This document shows, piece by piece, positions 46,515-54,959 of a stretch of DNA of 64,000 bases. Positions within the stretch are counted from its first letter, which is position 1, and every line of letters begins with the position of its first letter. The DNA is from an uncultured Planctomycetota bacterium (GTDB lineage Bacteria > Planctomycetota > JACOTG01 > JAUIME01), in the NCBI GenBank assembly GCA_964597885.1, contig CAZQZX010000001.1, positions 9,849 to 73,848 on the forward strand, written 5' to 3'. Below the pieces are notes generated by a model. That model had not been told where the DNA came from. It saw only the letters and a program-made list of their open reading frames with translations, and ran no database searches. A program made the translations under genes and the position numbers.

Positions 46515-47537
46515 CTAGATCGTGAGGAACGCGACCTTGAGCGGGGGGCGGTCGTCGAAGCTCGGAAAATCCGATTCGGGCGGGAGTACTTCGATCTCGC
46601 GGAGCGGGCGACCGGCTTTGACGGCGGCGCGTTCCAGGATGCCGAGCCAGTCTTCGAGCGTGACGCGCGGCGAGTGATTCGTGACGATCATCGCGCCTCC
46701 GGGCTCGGTGGCGAGTAGCGCCGGCTTGAAGACGCCCGGATAGTCGCGCACGACGTCGACCGCTCCGTAGGGACCGGTCGCCCAGCTCGGCGGATCGAGC
46801 ACGACGAGATCGAATGTCTGCGGCTCGATCGAGGGCCGCGGTCGCGGGCGGCGACGCCGGTCGGTCAGGGCAAGGCCCGCGAGCTGTCGCGCGGTCGGCA
46901 AGACGTCGTCCTGCCACGTCTCGAAAACCGACTCCACGCCGTTGCGACGAGCGTTCTCGCGGCCGATGGTGAGCGACGAAGAGGCGAAGTCGACGTTCAC
47001 GACCTTCTCGGCACCCCCGGCCGCTGCGGCGATGCCCACGCCGCACGTGTAGGCGAACAGGTTCAACACGCGCTTGCCCGCCGCTTCGGAGCGCACGCGT
47101 CGGCGTGCGACCCGCAGATCGAGGAAGAGCAGCGGATCGAGGCCTCGGTGGCGAGGCCGGACGTCGAACGCGAGCCCGATCTCGTGCCCGGTCGCCGGCT
47201 CGATCGGTTCGATCGCGTGCCAGTCGGAGAAGGACTCCCGAGGCCCCTTGCCGCGATGATTCCAGACGGCGTGCAGCTCGGCGCCGACGACGCGTCCGGC
47301 GATCCGGGCGAGGGAATCGAGCGCGTCCGGCGAGATGGGCTCCCGCCAGGTCTGCACCAGGAGGACGGGGCCGTAGCGGTCGATCGTCAGTCCTGGGCAG
47401 CCCTCGGCCGGGCCGTGAAGCAGCCGGTAGCAGTCGGTGCGCTCCGCGTGGAGCTCCTCGAGGAGGCTCGCCCGCGCCTCGAGTCCCTCCTGGAGGGCGC
47501 GCTCGAGGTCCGTCGGCGGAAGGGTCGCATCTGTCAT
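46515..47537 (-). CDS. Class I SAM-dependent methyltransferase (RlmI/RlmK-like)
   Basis: YRLLHG..EG.PGLTIDRYG, LFLDLR, VLNLFAYT, VVLDPP. Confidence 0.88.
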   Translation of the reverse strand: MTDATLPPTDLERALQEGLEARASLLEELHAERTDCYRLLHGPAEGCPGLTIDRYGPVLLVQTWREPISPDALDSLARIAGRVVGAELHAVWNHRGKGPRESFSDWHAIEPIEPATGHEIGLAFDVRPRHRGLDPLLFLDLRVARRRVRSEAAGKRVLNLFAYTCGVGIAAAAGGAEKVVNVDFASSSLTIGRENARRNGVESVFETWQDDVLPTARQLAGLALTDRRRRPRPRPSIEPQTFDLVVLDPPSWATGPYGAVDVVRDYPGVFKPALLATEPGGAMIVTNHSPRVTLEDWLGILERAAVKAGRPLREIEVLPPESDFPSFDDRPPLKVAFLTI

Positions 47538-47629
47538 GAACTTGGGAGTTTCCTGGCGTGAAGTGCGGGGCGATCCGGCCGGCATTCTAGCAGCCGCGTG
47601 GGCCGGATCCGTCACCCGTTGGGGGGCGG

Positions 47630-47649
47630 GTGTCAACGATCGTTGACAC
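47630..47649. promoter_or_regulatory. Perfect 20-bp palindrome, candidate enhancer (UAS)
   Basis: GTGTCAACGATCGTTGACAC. Confidence 0.65.
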
Positions 47650-47754
47650 TCGTTACAGCGCAGTGACGAGCCCACCCGGCCGTGCCGGCCTCCGTCTGAT
47701 GTGCTGTGTGTCATAAGTGCTTTCATGTAAGTGTCTTGACTGGCTTTCAGGCCG

Positions 47755-47771
47755 TTGGCATCACGCTTGCA
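47755..47771 (+). promoter_or_regulatory. sigma54 -24/-12 promoter
   Basis: TTGGCATCACGCTTGCA matches TGGCA-N6-TTGCW with GG-N10-GC spacing. Confidence 0.7.
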
Positions 47772-47897
47772 AACCAGTGGATTCGCCCAGGCGACGCGCG
47801 GGGCGAGTCGTTTCTGATCGGGAACGACGAATGACCGGCCAAGAAGGGACGCGGCCAAGTATCTGGCCAGGACGGTGAGAGCAAGGAAGGATTCGGG

Positions 47898-48962
47898 ATG
47901 GGAAGTGCCATGAAGAAGACGGCTCTCGGATTGATGGGCGCGCTGCTCCTCGTCGCCACCGCGATGGCGATCGCGGCGAAGTCGTCGAGCGTGGACACGG
48001 TGGTCGACCGAGCGGAGTCCGCCGGCGCGGCGGACGGCCAGGTGCCGGCCCCCCTGCTCCTCGACGAGTCGCCGTACGAGCTTGCCGGCAAGCTGGCCAT
48101 CGGTGAGGCCGTTCCCGAGAACCATCCCGAAGTCGAAAACGTGTTCCAGCTGAGCCCCAACATCGCCTCCGGCAGCGAGCCGCTCGGACGAGCCGGCCTC
48201 GAGCGAGTCGCGGCGATGGGCGTGAAGACGATCCTCTCGGTCGACGGGAAGACCCCGGACGCCGAGACCGCCGCCGAGCTCGGCATGCGCTACGTCCACA
48301 TCCCAATCCAGTACAAGACCATCACCGACGAACAGATCGAGCGCATGGCGAAGACGTTCCGCGAGCTCGACGGCCCGTTCTTCGTCCACTGCTTCCACGG
48401 TCGGCACCGTGGACCGGCGGCCGCCGCGATCGGACGCATCGTCGTCGATGGCGCCCCGCGAGAGCAGGCGATGGCCGAGATGCGGCAGTGGTGCGGAACC
48501 GCGCCGAACTACGAAGGTCTGTACGACACGGTGGCGTTCGCGCGGATTCCGAGCGCGAGCGAGTCGACCGCGCTCGAGTGGGACTTCCCGGCAGCGCATC
48601 CCTTCGAGGGCTTCCGTCACTCGATGGTGGAGATGGCCCGCGTTTCCGATCGCATCAAGGCATTCCAGCGCCGAGGATGGGCGATCGATCCGGAGCACCC
48701 GGACGTCGACCCGGTCAACGAGGCGGCGATCCTTCTCGGCCACTTCGTCGAATCGGGCAAGCTCGACTACGTGAAGGAGCAGCCGGAAGACTTCCAGAAG
48801 CGGTTCGCGCTCTCGCTCGAGGACGTCGAGCTGCTGCACGAGAAGCTCCAGTCGTGGAAGGCGGACGGCGGCGCCGGCGTGGCCGACCACTCGGAGCTCG
48901 ACGAGACCTTCACGCGGATCTGGCGTTCCTGCAAGGAATGCCACCAGGCCTACCGCAACTGA
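47898..48962 (+). CDS. Exported CX5R phosphatase/sulfurtransferase-fold protein fused to a cytochrome c'-like domain (start 47898 or 47910)
   Basis: Signal peptide; FVHCFHGRHRG; C-terminal helical domain ending SCKECHQAYRN. Confidence 0.8.
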   Translation: MGSAMKKTALGLMGALLLVATAMAIAAKSSSVDTVVDRAESAGAADGQVPAPLLLDESPYELAGKLAIGEAVPENHPEVENVFQLSPNIASGSEPLGRAGLERVAAMGVKTILSVDGKTPDAETAAELGMRYVHIPIQYKTITDEQIERMAKTFRELDGPFFVHCFHGRHRGPAAAAIGRIVVDGAPREQAMAEMRQWCGTAPNYEGLYDTVAFARIPSASESTALEWDFPAAHPFEGFRHSMVEMARVSDRIKAFQRRGWAIDPEHPDVDPVNEAAILLGHFVESGKLDYVKEQPEDFQKRFALSLEDVELLHEKLQSWKADGGAGVADHSELDETFTRIWRSCKECHQAYRN

Positions 48963-49147
48963 CACCCCCGCTTTTTTGATCGGCGAACGGCTCCTGCGCA
49001 TCGCGTGAGCCGCCGATTCCCACAGGCGAGTCGCTTCGACCCCTACCCAACCTCACGGGGACCGCGTACACTACGCGATCCGACGCCGGGACGGTCCGAC
49101 GCCGACCGGTCCGGGCGCTGATCGAGTCCGCAATCCGAGGAATCACC

Positions 49148-49999
49148 ATGGGCAAGCGACGAACGACCATCCACGACCTCCGAACGATGAAAGAGGAGGG
49201 TCGCAAGATCGCGATGGTCACCAGCTACGACTACACCTCCGCCAAGATCCTGGACGAGGTCGGCGTACCGATGCTGCTGGTGGGCGATTCCCTCGGCATG
49301 GTGGTGCTCGGCCACGACTCGACGCTGCGCGTGACGCTCGACATGATGATCCACCACTGCGGAGCGGTGGCTCGCGCGGCGCACAAGGCGATGATCGTGA
49401 TCGACCTGCCGTTCGCGACCTACTCGGCGTCCGACCTGCCGCTCTCCCTTCGCACCGCCAAGCGCGCGATCGCCGAGGGCGGGGCGCAGGCCGTCAAGAT
49501 CGAGGGCGGTCGCCGCATGGGTCCGGTCGTTGGAACGCTGGTCGCATCCGGTATCCCCGTGATGGGACACATCGGTCTCACGCCCCAGTCGATCCACATG
49601 ATCGGAGGCTTCCGGGTGCAGGGACGCGGCGACGAGGCCGCCGAGCGGTTGATGCTCGCCGCCAAGGCGCTCGAGAAGGCGGGCGCGTTCGCCATCGTGC
49701 TCGAGCTCGTGCCGGCGCCGCTCGCGAAGAAGATCTCGGAGAGCCTCAGCATCCCGACGATCGGGATCGGTGCCGGCCCGCACTGCGACGGCCAGGTGCA
49801 GGTGTTCCACGACATCATGGGAATGTACGAGGACTTCCTGCCGAAGCACGCGAAGCGTTACGCCAACGTCGCGCAGGTGATCCGGGACAGCGCGCGCTCC
49901 TTCGTCGAGGATGTCGCGAACGAGAAGTTCCCCGGCGAGGAAAACTCGTTCGACCTCGACACGATCATCCAGGAGAGCGGTCCGAAGACCGAGTCCTAG
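49148..49999 (+). CDS. panB: 3-methyl-2-oxobutanoate hydroxymethyltransferase
   Basis: TSYD, LVGDSLG, VKIEGG, GHIGLTPQS, IGIGAG..CDGQV. Confidence 0.96.
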   Translation: MGKRRTTIHDLRTMKEEGRKIAMVTSYDYTSAKILDEVGVPMLLVGDSLGMVVLGHDSTLRVTLDMMIHHCGAVARAAHKAMIVIDLPFATYSASDLPLSLRTAKRAIAEGGAQAVKIEGGRRMGPVVGTLVASGIPVMGHIGLTPQSIHMIGGFRVQGRGDEAAERLMLAAKALEKAGAFAIVLELVPAPLAKKISESLSIPTIGIGAGPHCDGQVQVFHDIMGMYEDFLPKHAKRYANVAQVIRDSARSFVEDVANEKFPGEENSFDLDTIIQESGPKTES

Positions 50000-50033
50000 G
50001 AAGCGTGTCGGAATTGCGTCGTGATGCGAGCGA

Positions 50034-52307
50034 TCAACCCGTCGAGTAGCGGGGCGGGAGCCACGACCAGCCGCTGGTGCCGCCGCCCGTCTTCATGTCG
50101 ATCACTTCGCGCGAGGCCTGCGCCACGTCCCGATCGGTGAGCACCGTCGCGTCCTCGAGGACGTGCGACTGCGCGATGCCGGGAACGTTCTTCTGACCGA
50201 TCGCTCGCGTCGGGAGCCCCGGGAATCGATCCACCGCGGCGCCCTGGATCGCGCGGACGAAGCCGGCGAACGGACGGTCCTCGGCGGCGACGACCAGGCG
50301 CTTGGTGCGCGTCAGGCTCTCGAACACGGTGTCGAGATCGGGCGGAACCAGCGTTCGCAGGTCGATGACCTCGGCCGAAATCCCCTTGGCCTCGAGGGCC
50401 TTCGCCGCTTCCATCGAAGTCCACACCGCGCGGCCCCAGGCGACGATCGTGACGTCGCTACCCGGCCGACGGATCGCGGCTCGCTGGAACGGTACTCGCA
50501 CGCTCGGATCGATCTCGGGGATCTCGCCTCGCGTGACGCGCTTTTTCAGCGCGTTGATCGCGTCCTTCTCGGTGGGCTCGCCCGGGAATGCCGGACCGAG
50601 CGCCATTCGGTACATCCACTTCGGCTCGAGGAAGACGACCGGCCCGCGGTACTCGGCCGCCGTCATCAGCAGGCCGTACACGTCGAAGCTCGTCGACGGC
50701 ATCACCAGGACGAGCCCGGGGATGGCCGAGAAATAGCCGTCGAGGCTCATCGAGTGGTACATCGCGCCACCGCCGAACGGATCGGTCGGCATGCGAACGA
50801 TCGTCGCGTACGTCTGCTGGCCGTTGGTCGCCCAGTAGAGGTTGCCCATGTGCACCAGCCAGTGCACGGTGTTGAGCGAGTAGTCGCCGAACTGGATCTC
50901 CGGCATCGAGACGATCGAATCGTGAAGACCGGCGCCGCATCCCGTTCCGACGGCCATCGGCTCGTTGAGCGGCGTGTCGAGGATGCGATCGGGATGCTTG
51001 GCCTTCAGGCCGGCGGTCGCGGTCATGACGCCGCCGAGATCGCCGACGTCCTGGCCCCACAAGAGGCCGCCGTGGTTCGTCACGATATTGTCCACGGCCG
51101 CGCGAATCGCGCCCGCGTAGGTGATGACCGTCTGTCCTTCGCCCCACTTCTCTTCGACGGCGGGGAAGGGACGGTAGATGTGATCGAGGACGGAATCGAC
51201 GGGTGGATCGGGCTCGGCCCGGACCTGGTCGATCGTCTGCTTCACCATGTCGATCTCGACCTGCATGATCGATCCCGGCTCGTGGTGCGCGAAGAAATCT
51301 CGGCCTTCGCCGGGCACGCGCTTGAGGATCTCGCTCTCCTCGAGGTGGCCGAGCTCGACGAGCTTCTGGCCGAACGAGACGAGCGGGTCGTCCTGCGAGA
51401 GGTCGAAAGTGACGTCGGCCGCCGAGCTGTGGCCGTTGAAGCGCGGCAGGTCGCGCACGTGCATGAGCGCCGGCTTCTGCTCTTCGGTGATGTAGCGCGC
51501 GGCTTCGAGGGTCGTCTGGAACGTATCCCAGAAGTCGCGGCCGTCGCACTGGAAGTGGCGCACGCCGAACCCACCGGCGTACGACTCGAAGTTCTTGATG
51601 CCACGCCCGTCGTCGGGGTTCGTGCTGATGGCGACGCCGTTGTCGGTGACGAGCACGAGGAGCGGGAGGCTCCACACGCTCGCGGCGTTCATGGCGTCGT
51701 GCATGTCGCCCTCGGCCGTGGTGCCGTCGCCGACGATGCCGATCGCCATGCCCTTCTCGACGCCGACGTATCGGTAGCCCATCGCATAGCCGGCCGCCTT
51801 GCCGAGCTGCATGCCGACGGGGCTCTGCACGGGCAGGATGCCCATGTCCGGCAGATGGAGGTGATAGACCATCTGCCGACCGCGGCTCATCGCGTCGGTG
51901 TCCTTGGAGAACTGCTGGCGCAGTACCGAGAGCGTGAACTCGTTCCAGCCGTTCAGCTCGCACCACATCGAGCACAGGCAGCCCGACCGGTAGTGCGGGA
52001 CCAGCCCGAATCGCGAGGGGTCGACCACCTTCGAGAGCGCGAGCGCCGTCGCCGATCCGTGGACCTCTTCACCCGGTCCCCAGATGGCGAACTTCACCTC
52101 GCCCTTGCTGACGAGCCGGACGATGTACTCTTCGGTGGCGCGCGATCGAACCGCGACGCGGTACGCGTGGAGCAGCTCTTCCTTCGTGGGCTGTAGACCG
52201 GTCGAGGCGGCCTTCGAGCTCTTGGCGGTCGCCTTGCTCTTCGACGGGGAGCTCTTCGTCGAACGCGTGGTCTTCGAGGTACGGGAAGCGGTCTTCGGTC
52301 GTGCCAT
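50034..52307 (-). CDS. Fused E1 alpha/beta 2-oxoacid dehydrogenase (TPP-dependent, branched-chain-type)
   Basis: GDG...N TPP motif; GHSS; DTPLNE; EIQFGDY; FLEPK; IDLRTL. Confidence 0.9.
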   Translation of the reverse strand: MARPKTASRTSKTTRSTKSSPSKSKATAKSSKAASTGLQPTKEELLHAYRVAVRSRATEEYIVRLVSKGEVKFAIWGPGEEVHGSATALALSKVVDPSRFGLVPHYRSGCLCSMWCELNGWNEFTLSVLRQQFSKDTDAMSRGRQMVYHLHLPDMGILPVQSPVGMQLGKAAGYAMGYRYVGVEKGMAIGIVGDGTTAEGDMHDAMNAASVWSLPLLVLVTDNGVAISTNPDDGRGIKNFESYAGGFGVRHFQCDGRDFWDTFQTTLEAARYITEEQKPALMHVRDLPRFNGHSSAADVTFDLSQDDPLVSFGQKLVELGHLEESEILKRVPGEGRDFFAHHEPGSIMQVEIDMVKQTIDQVRAEPDPPVDSVLDHIYRPFPAVEEKWGEGQTVITYAGAIRAAVDNIVTNHGGLLWGQDVGDLGGVMTATAGLKAKHPDRILDTPLNEPMAVGTGCGAGLHDSIVSMPEIQFGDYSLNTVHWLVHMGNLYWATNGQQTYATIVRMPTDPFGGGAMYHSMSLDGYFSAIPGLVLVMPSTSFDVYGLLMTAAEYRGPVVFLEPKWMYRMALGPAFPGEPTEKDAINALKKRVTRGEIPEIDPSVRVPFQRAAIRRPGSDVTIVAWGRAVWTSMEAAKALEAKGISAEVIDLRTLVPPDLDTVFESLTRTKRLVVAAEDRPFAGFVRAIQGAAVDRFPGLPTRAIGQKNVPGIAQSHVLEDATVLTDRDVAQASREVIDMKTGGGTSGWSWLPPRYSTG

Positions 52308-52432
52308 GGAATCCCTCGAACGGGTCTAGAATGTGGGGTGAGACGGGGGACCAGCCTAACTTTTCGGCCGTTTTCGGACAATCCTCCGGCCCGTAAGCAG
52401 TCGAGAGGGCAAGCGTTTGCGGGGACGAGGGG

Positions 52433-53866
52433 TCAGCGCGGCTCGTCGTTGTCGAGGAGTTGCTCGGGCACCGGCACGACGCGCGTCAGGTCGTCGTCGA
52501 TCACCAGGATGCCGACGAGCTTTCCGTCGCTTCGGGCCAGCACCGCCGCGCCGTTCCAGTCCCGGCCGACGGAGACGGAGTCGTCGAGCACCCAGATCCC
52601 GTCCTTCTCGACGAGGCGATCCGCGGCGAGGGGAACGACGTCGGCGTTCGGGTCGCCGCACAGGACGCAGTCCTCGACCTCTTCGAACCCCCGGATGCGC
52701 TGGACCGACCACAGCCGAATCTCGTCGAGAAGCTCGAGCTGCGCGAGCGCCAGGCCGTTCTCGGTCCAGATCGGTTCGGTGAGCGGCACCATCTCACCCG
52801 CGATCTCGAGGACGACGGACTCCTCGCGCGCTCGTTCGCTCGGTTCGAGCAGATCGAGCGGGATCAGGACGCCGCGCTCGGTAGGCAGGATCCATCCCTG
52901 TCGGGATCGCGCGCCGGCGAAGATGCGCCCCTGCTTCCAGGCAAGTTTCGCTCGCACGTTGCGGGGCAGCGAGGCGCCGGGTGGCAGGAGCGTGCTGCCG
53001 ACGGCCACGAGCGGTTCCCATCGCAGCCACTCCGACTGCGCGGCCGGCGCGAGCGTGAAACGATGTCCGGTGCGCACCGGCTCGCCGGCCCGATCCTGCG
53101 GCGGCGTCGCGATGCCCACCCCGCCCTTGAGGAGCGTGGGCAGAGAATCGATATCGAGCTCGACGCCGCTGATGCCGAGCTCGGCCTTCACGCCTCCGAC
53201 GCGCCAGAAGCGCGAGTTCTGCCGGATGAGTGGCGCATACCTCGACTCGATGTGCAGGCGTGCTTCCACGGCGCCGCCGTCGCTCGTGAGCCCGACACTC
53301 GTGATGACCCCGACGTCGATCCCGCGGAACATGACAGGTCCGCCGGGGAGCAGGTTGCCCTGGCGCGGCGTCCGCACGAGTACCTCGAGGTCGTCCGGGT
53401 CGACCTCTTCGACGATGGGCGCCTCCTCGAGCCCGACGAATTGCCGGATTCGGCGTCCCTCGCCTGGAAGAACCGCGAGGTAATGCGGCCCCATCAGTGT
53501 CTCGAGCCCCTCGATGCCCTCGAGGCGGATCTCGGGCCGGACGACCCAGAAGCGGGCTCCGCGACGGGCGATGCGATCGCCCTGCTTCGTCAGGTTCACC
53601 ACGAGCCGCACCGACTGCAGGCTGTCGAGCAGCTCGACGGTGCGAACGCGTCCGACGTCGATGCCTCGATAGCGCACGGCGTCGCCCGACTTGATGCCGC
53701 GACCCTCCTGCAGGACGACGGTGACCCGCACGCCCCGCATGCTGACCGATCGATACGCGAGGAAGCCGGCGAGGGCCACCGCGATGACGGGGATGATCCA
53801 GGCGATCGAAACGCGCCGTCTCGGCTCGGCGAGGGCCACGGGGATCTCGGGGCGGGGTTCGCTCAC
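52433..53866 (-). CDS. pqiB: PqiB/MlaD-family protein with two MCE domains and an extra C-terminal domain
   Basis: WIIP..A TM; VRYRGIDVGRV and VMFRGIDVG; FW motifs; GTG overlaps pqiA stop. Confidence 0.85.
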   Translation of the reverse strand: MSEPRPEIPVALAEPRRRVSIAWIIPVIAVALAGFLAYRSVSMRGVRVTVVLQEGRGIKSGDAVRYRGIDVGRVRTVELLDSLQSVRLVVNLTKQGDRIARRGARFWVVRPEIRLEGIEGLETLMGPHYLAVLPGEGRRIRQFVGLEEAPIVEEVDPDDLEVLVRTPRQGNLLPGGPVMFRGIDVGVITSVGLTSDGGAVEARLHIESRYAPLIRQNSRFWRVGGVKAELGISGVELDIDSLPTLLKGGVGIATPPQDRAGEPVRTGHRFTLAPAAQSEWLRWEPLVAVGSTLLPPGASLPRNVRAKLAWKQGRIFAGARSRQGWILPTERGVLIPLDLLEPSERAREESVVLEIAGEMVPLTEPIWTENGLALAQLELLDEIRLWSVQRIRGFEEVEDCVLCGDPNADVVPLAADRLVEKDGIWVLDDSVSVGRDWNGAAVLARSDGKLVGILVIDDDLTRVVPVPEQLLDNDEPR

Positions 53867-54498
53867 GTCGGCTGCTCCTCGGAGTCCCAAAGGCTGTGCG
53901 GATCGAAGAAGGCCGTCGCGAGGAGGCTCAGGATGACGACGCTCGCGAACGCCAGCGCGCCCGATCCCGGTTTCACCTCGACGAGATCGCCGAGCTTGAG
54001 GACCGCGACGAGGACCGCGACGACGAGGACGTCGAGCATGCCCCAGCGACCGGTCCATTCGACGAGGCGATAGGTCACCGCGCGATGGTGTCCCGCGAGG
54101 TCGAATACACGCGAGGTCAGGGTGAGGATCGCCAGGAGCTTGCCGAGAGGAATGACGACGGAGCAGAGCAGCACGATGGTCGCGACCGCGACGTCTCCGT
54201 GTGCGTAGAGGCTCGCGACGCCGTCGATGACGCTCGTGTCTCGCAGGTAGCCGTACTGCTCGACGCGCAGCATCGGTAGCCCGATGCCGAACGGGTACAG
54301 GATCAGCGCGGCGGTGGCGAAGGCGGACGCCCGCGAATCGGAGCGGATCGACTTACGCCGGTCGGGCAGGGGGGTCCGGCACCGTGCACATCGGAAGCGG
54401 TGGTCCGGACGCAGATCGGGGAGCTCCTGCAGCAGTCCGCAGCACGAGCAGGCCTCGAGCACGCCGGTCGCGCCGCCCTGACCGATCGAATCTTGCAT
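53863..54498 (-). CDS. pqiA: Paraquat-inducible protein A (half-size)
   Basis: CxxC...CxRC N-terminus; SVVIP..K; GRWGMLDV; FDP..LW. Confidence 0.9.
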   Translation of the reverse strand: MQDSIGQGGATGVLEACSCCGLLQELPDLRPDHRFRCARCRTPLPDRRKSIRSDSRASAFATAALILYPFGIGLPMLRVEQYGYLRDTSVIDGVASLYAHGDVAVATIVLLCSVVIPLGKLLAILTLTSRVFDLAGHHRAVTYRLVEWTGRWGMLDVLVVAVLVAVLKLGDLVEVKPGSGALAFASVVILSLLATAFFDPHSLWDSEEQPT

Positions 54499-54959
54499 AC
54501 GCTTCTCTCACGCCGACCCGGATACCCGAAAGATCCATGGTATCGCATGGCCGCGAGCGAGGAAAGCCGCGCGAGCGAGAGGGGTTGCGGTCACCCTCGA
54601 CCCCGGGGAGGGTCGAGGGCGAGGCCGCCTCTGCGGGGCTTGCCGCGCCCGTTCCGCCAGCCGTGACCGTGGCCGATCTCGTTTAGGAAGGAAGTCGTCC
54701 GGCCGTCCGCGCGTTGTTTGGATCGCGTCGGTACGTTTTCACGGTCCGGACGGCGTCGGAGCACGACGAAGCCCGGCGAGGACCAGGGAAGCACGCACCG
54801 TGCCGAACCGAACGGTGCTTCGACGGGCTTCGTCGCAGATGATTGCGGCAACGGTAGTTCGGCGCGTCGAGGAACGCTCGTCGAGAACCGCGCCCGGCGG
54901 AGGTCGCGGACTTCGCGTCCGCGAGTGCAACCTTTCGTGACACCGGGTACACTGCCGGG

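Noticed and set aside
47631-47648. Divergent sigma70 -35 boxes (TTGACA on both strands)
   Set aside because: No -10 hexamer at 16-18 bp on either side; better explained as an enhancer palindrome
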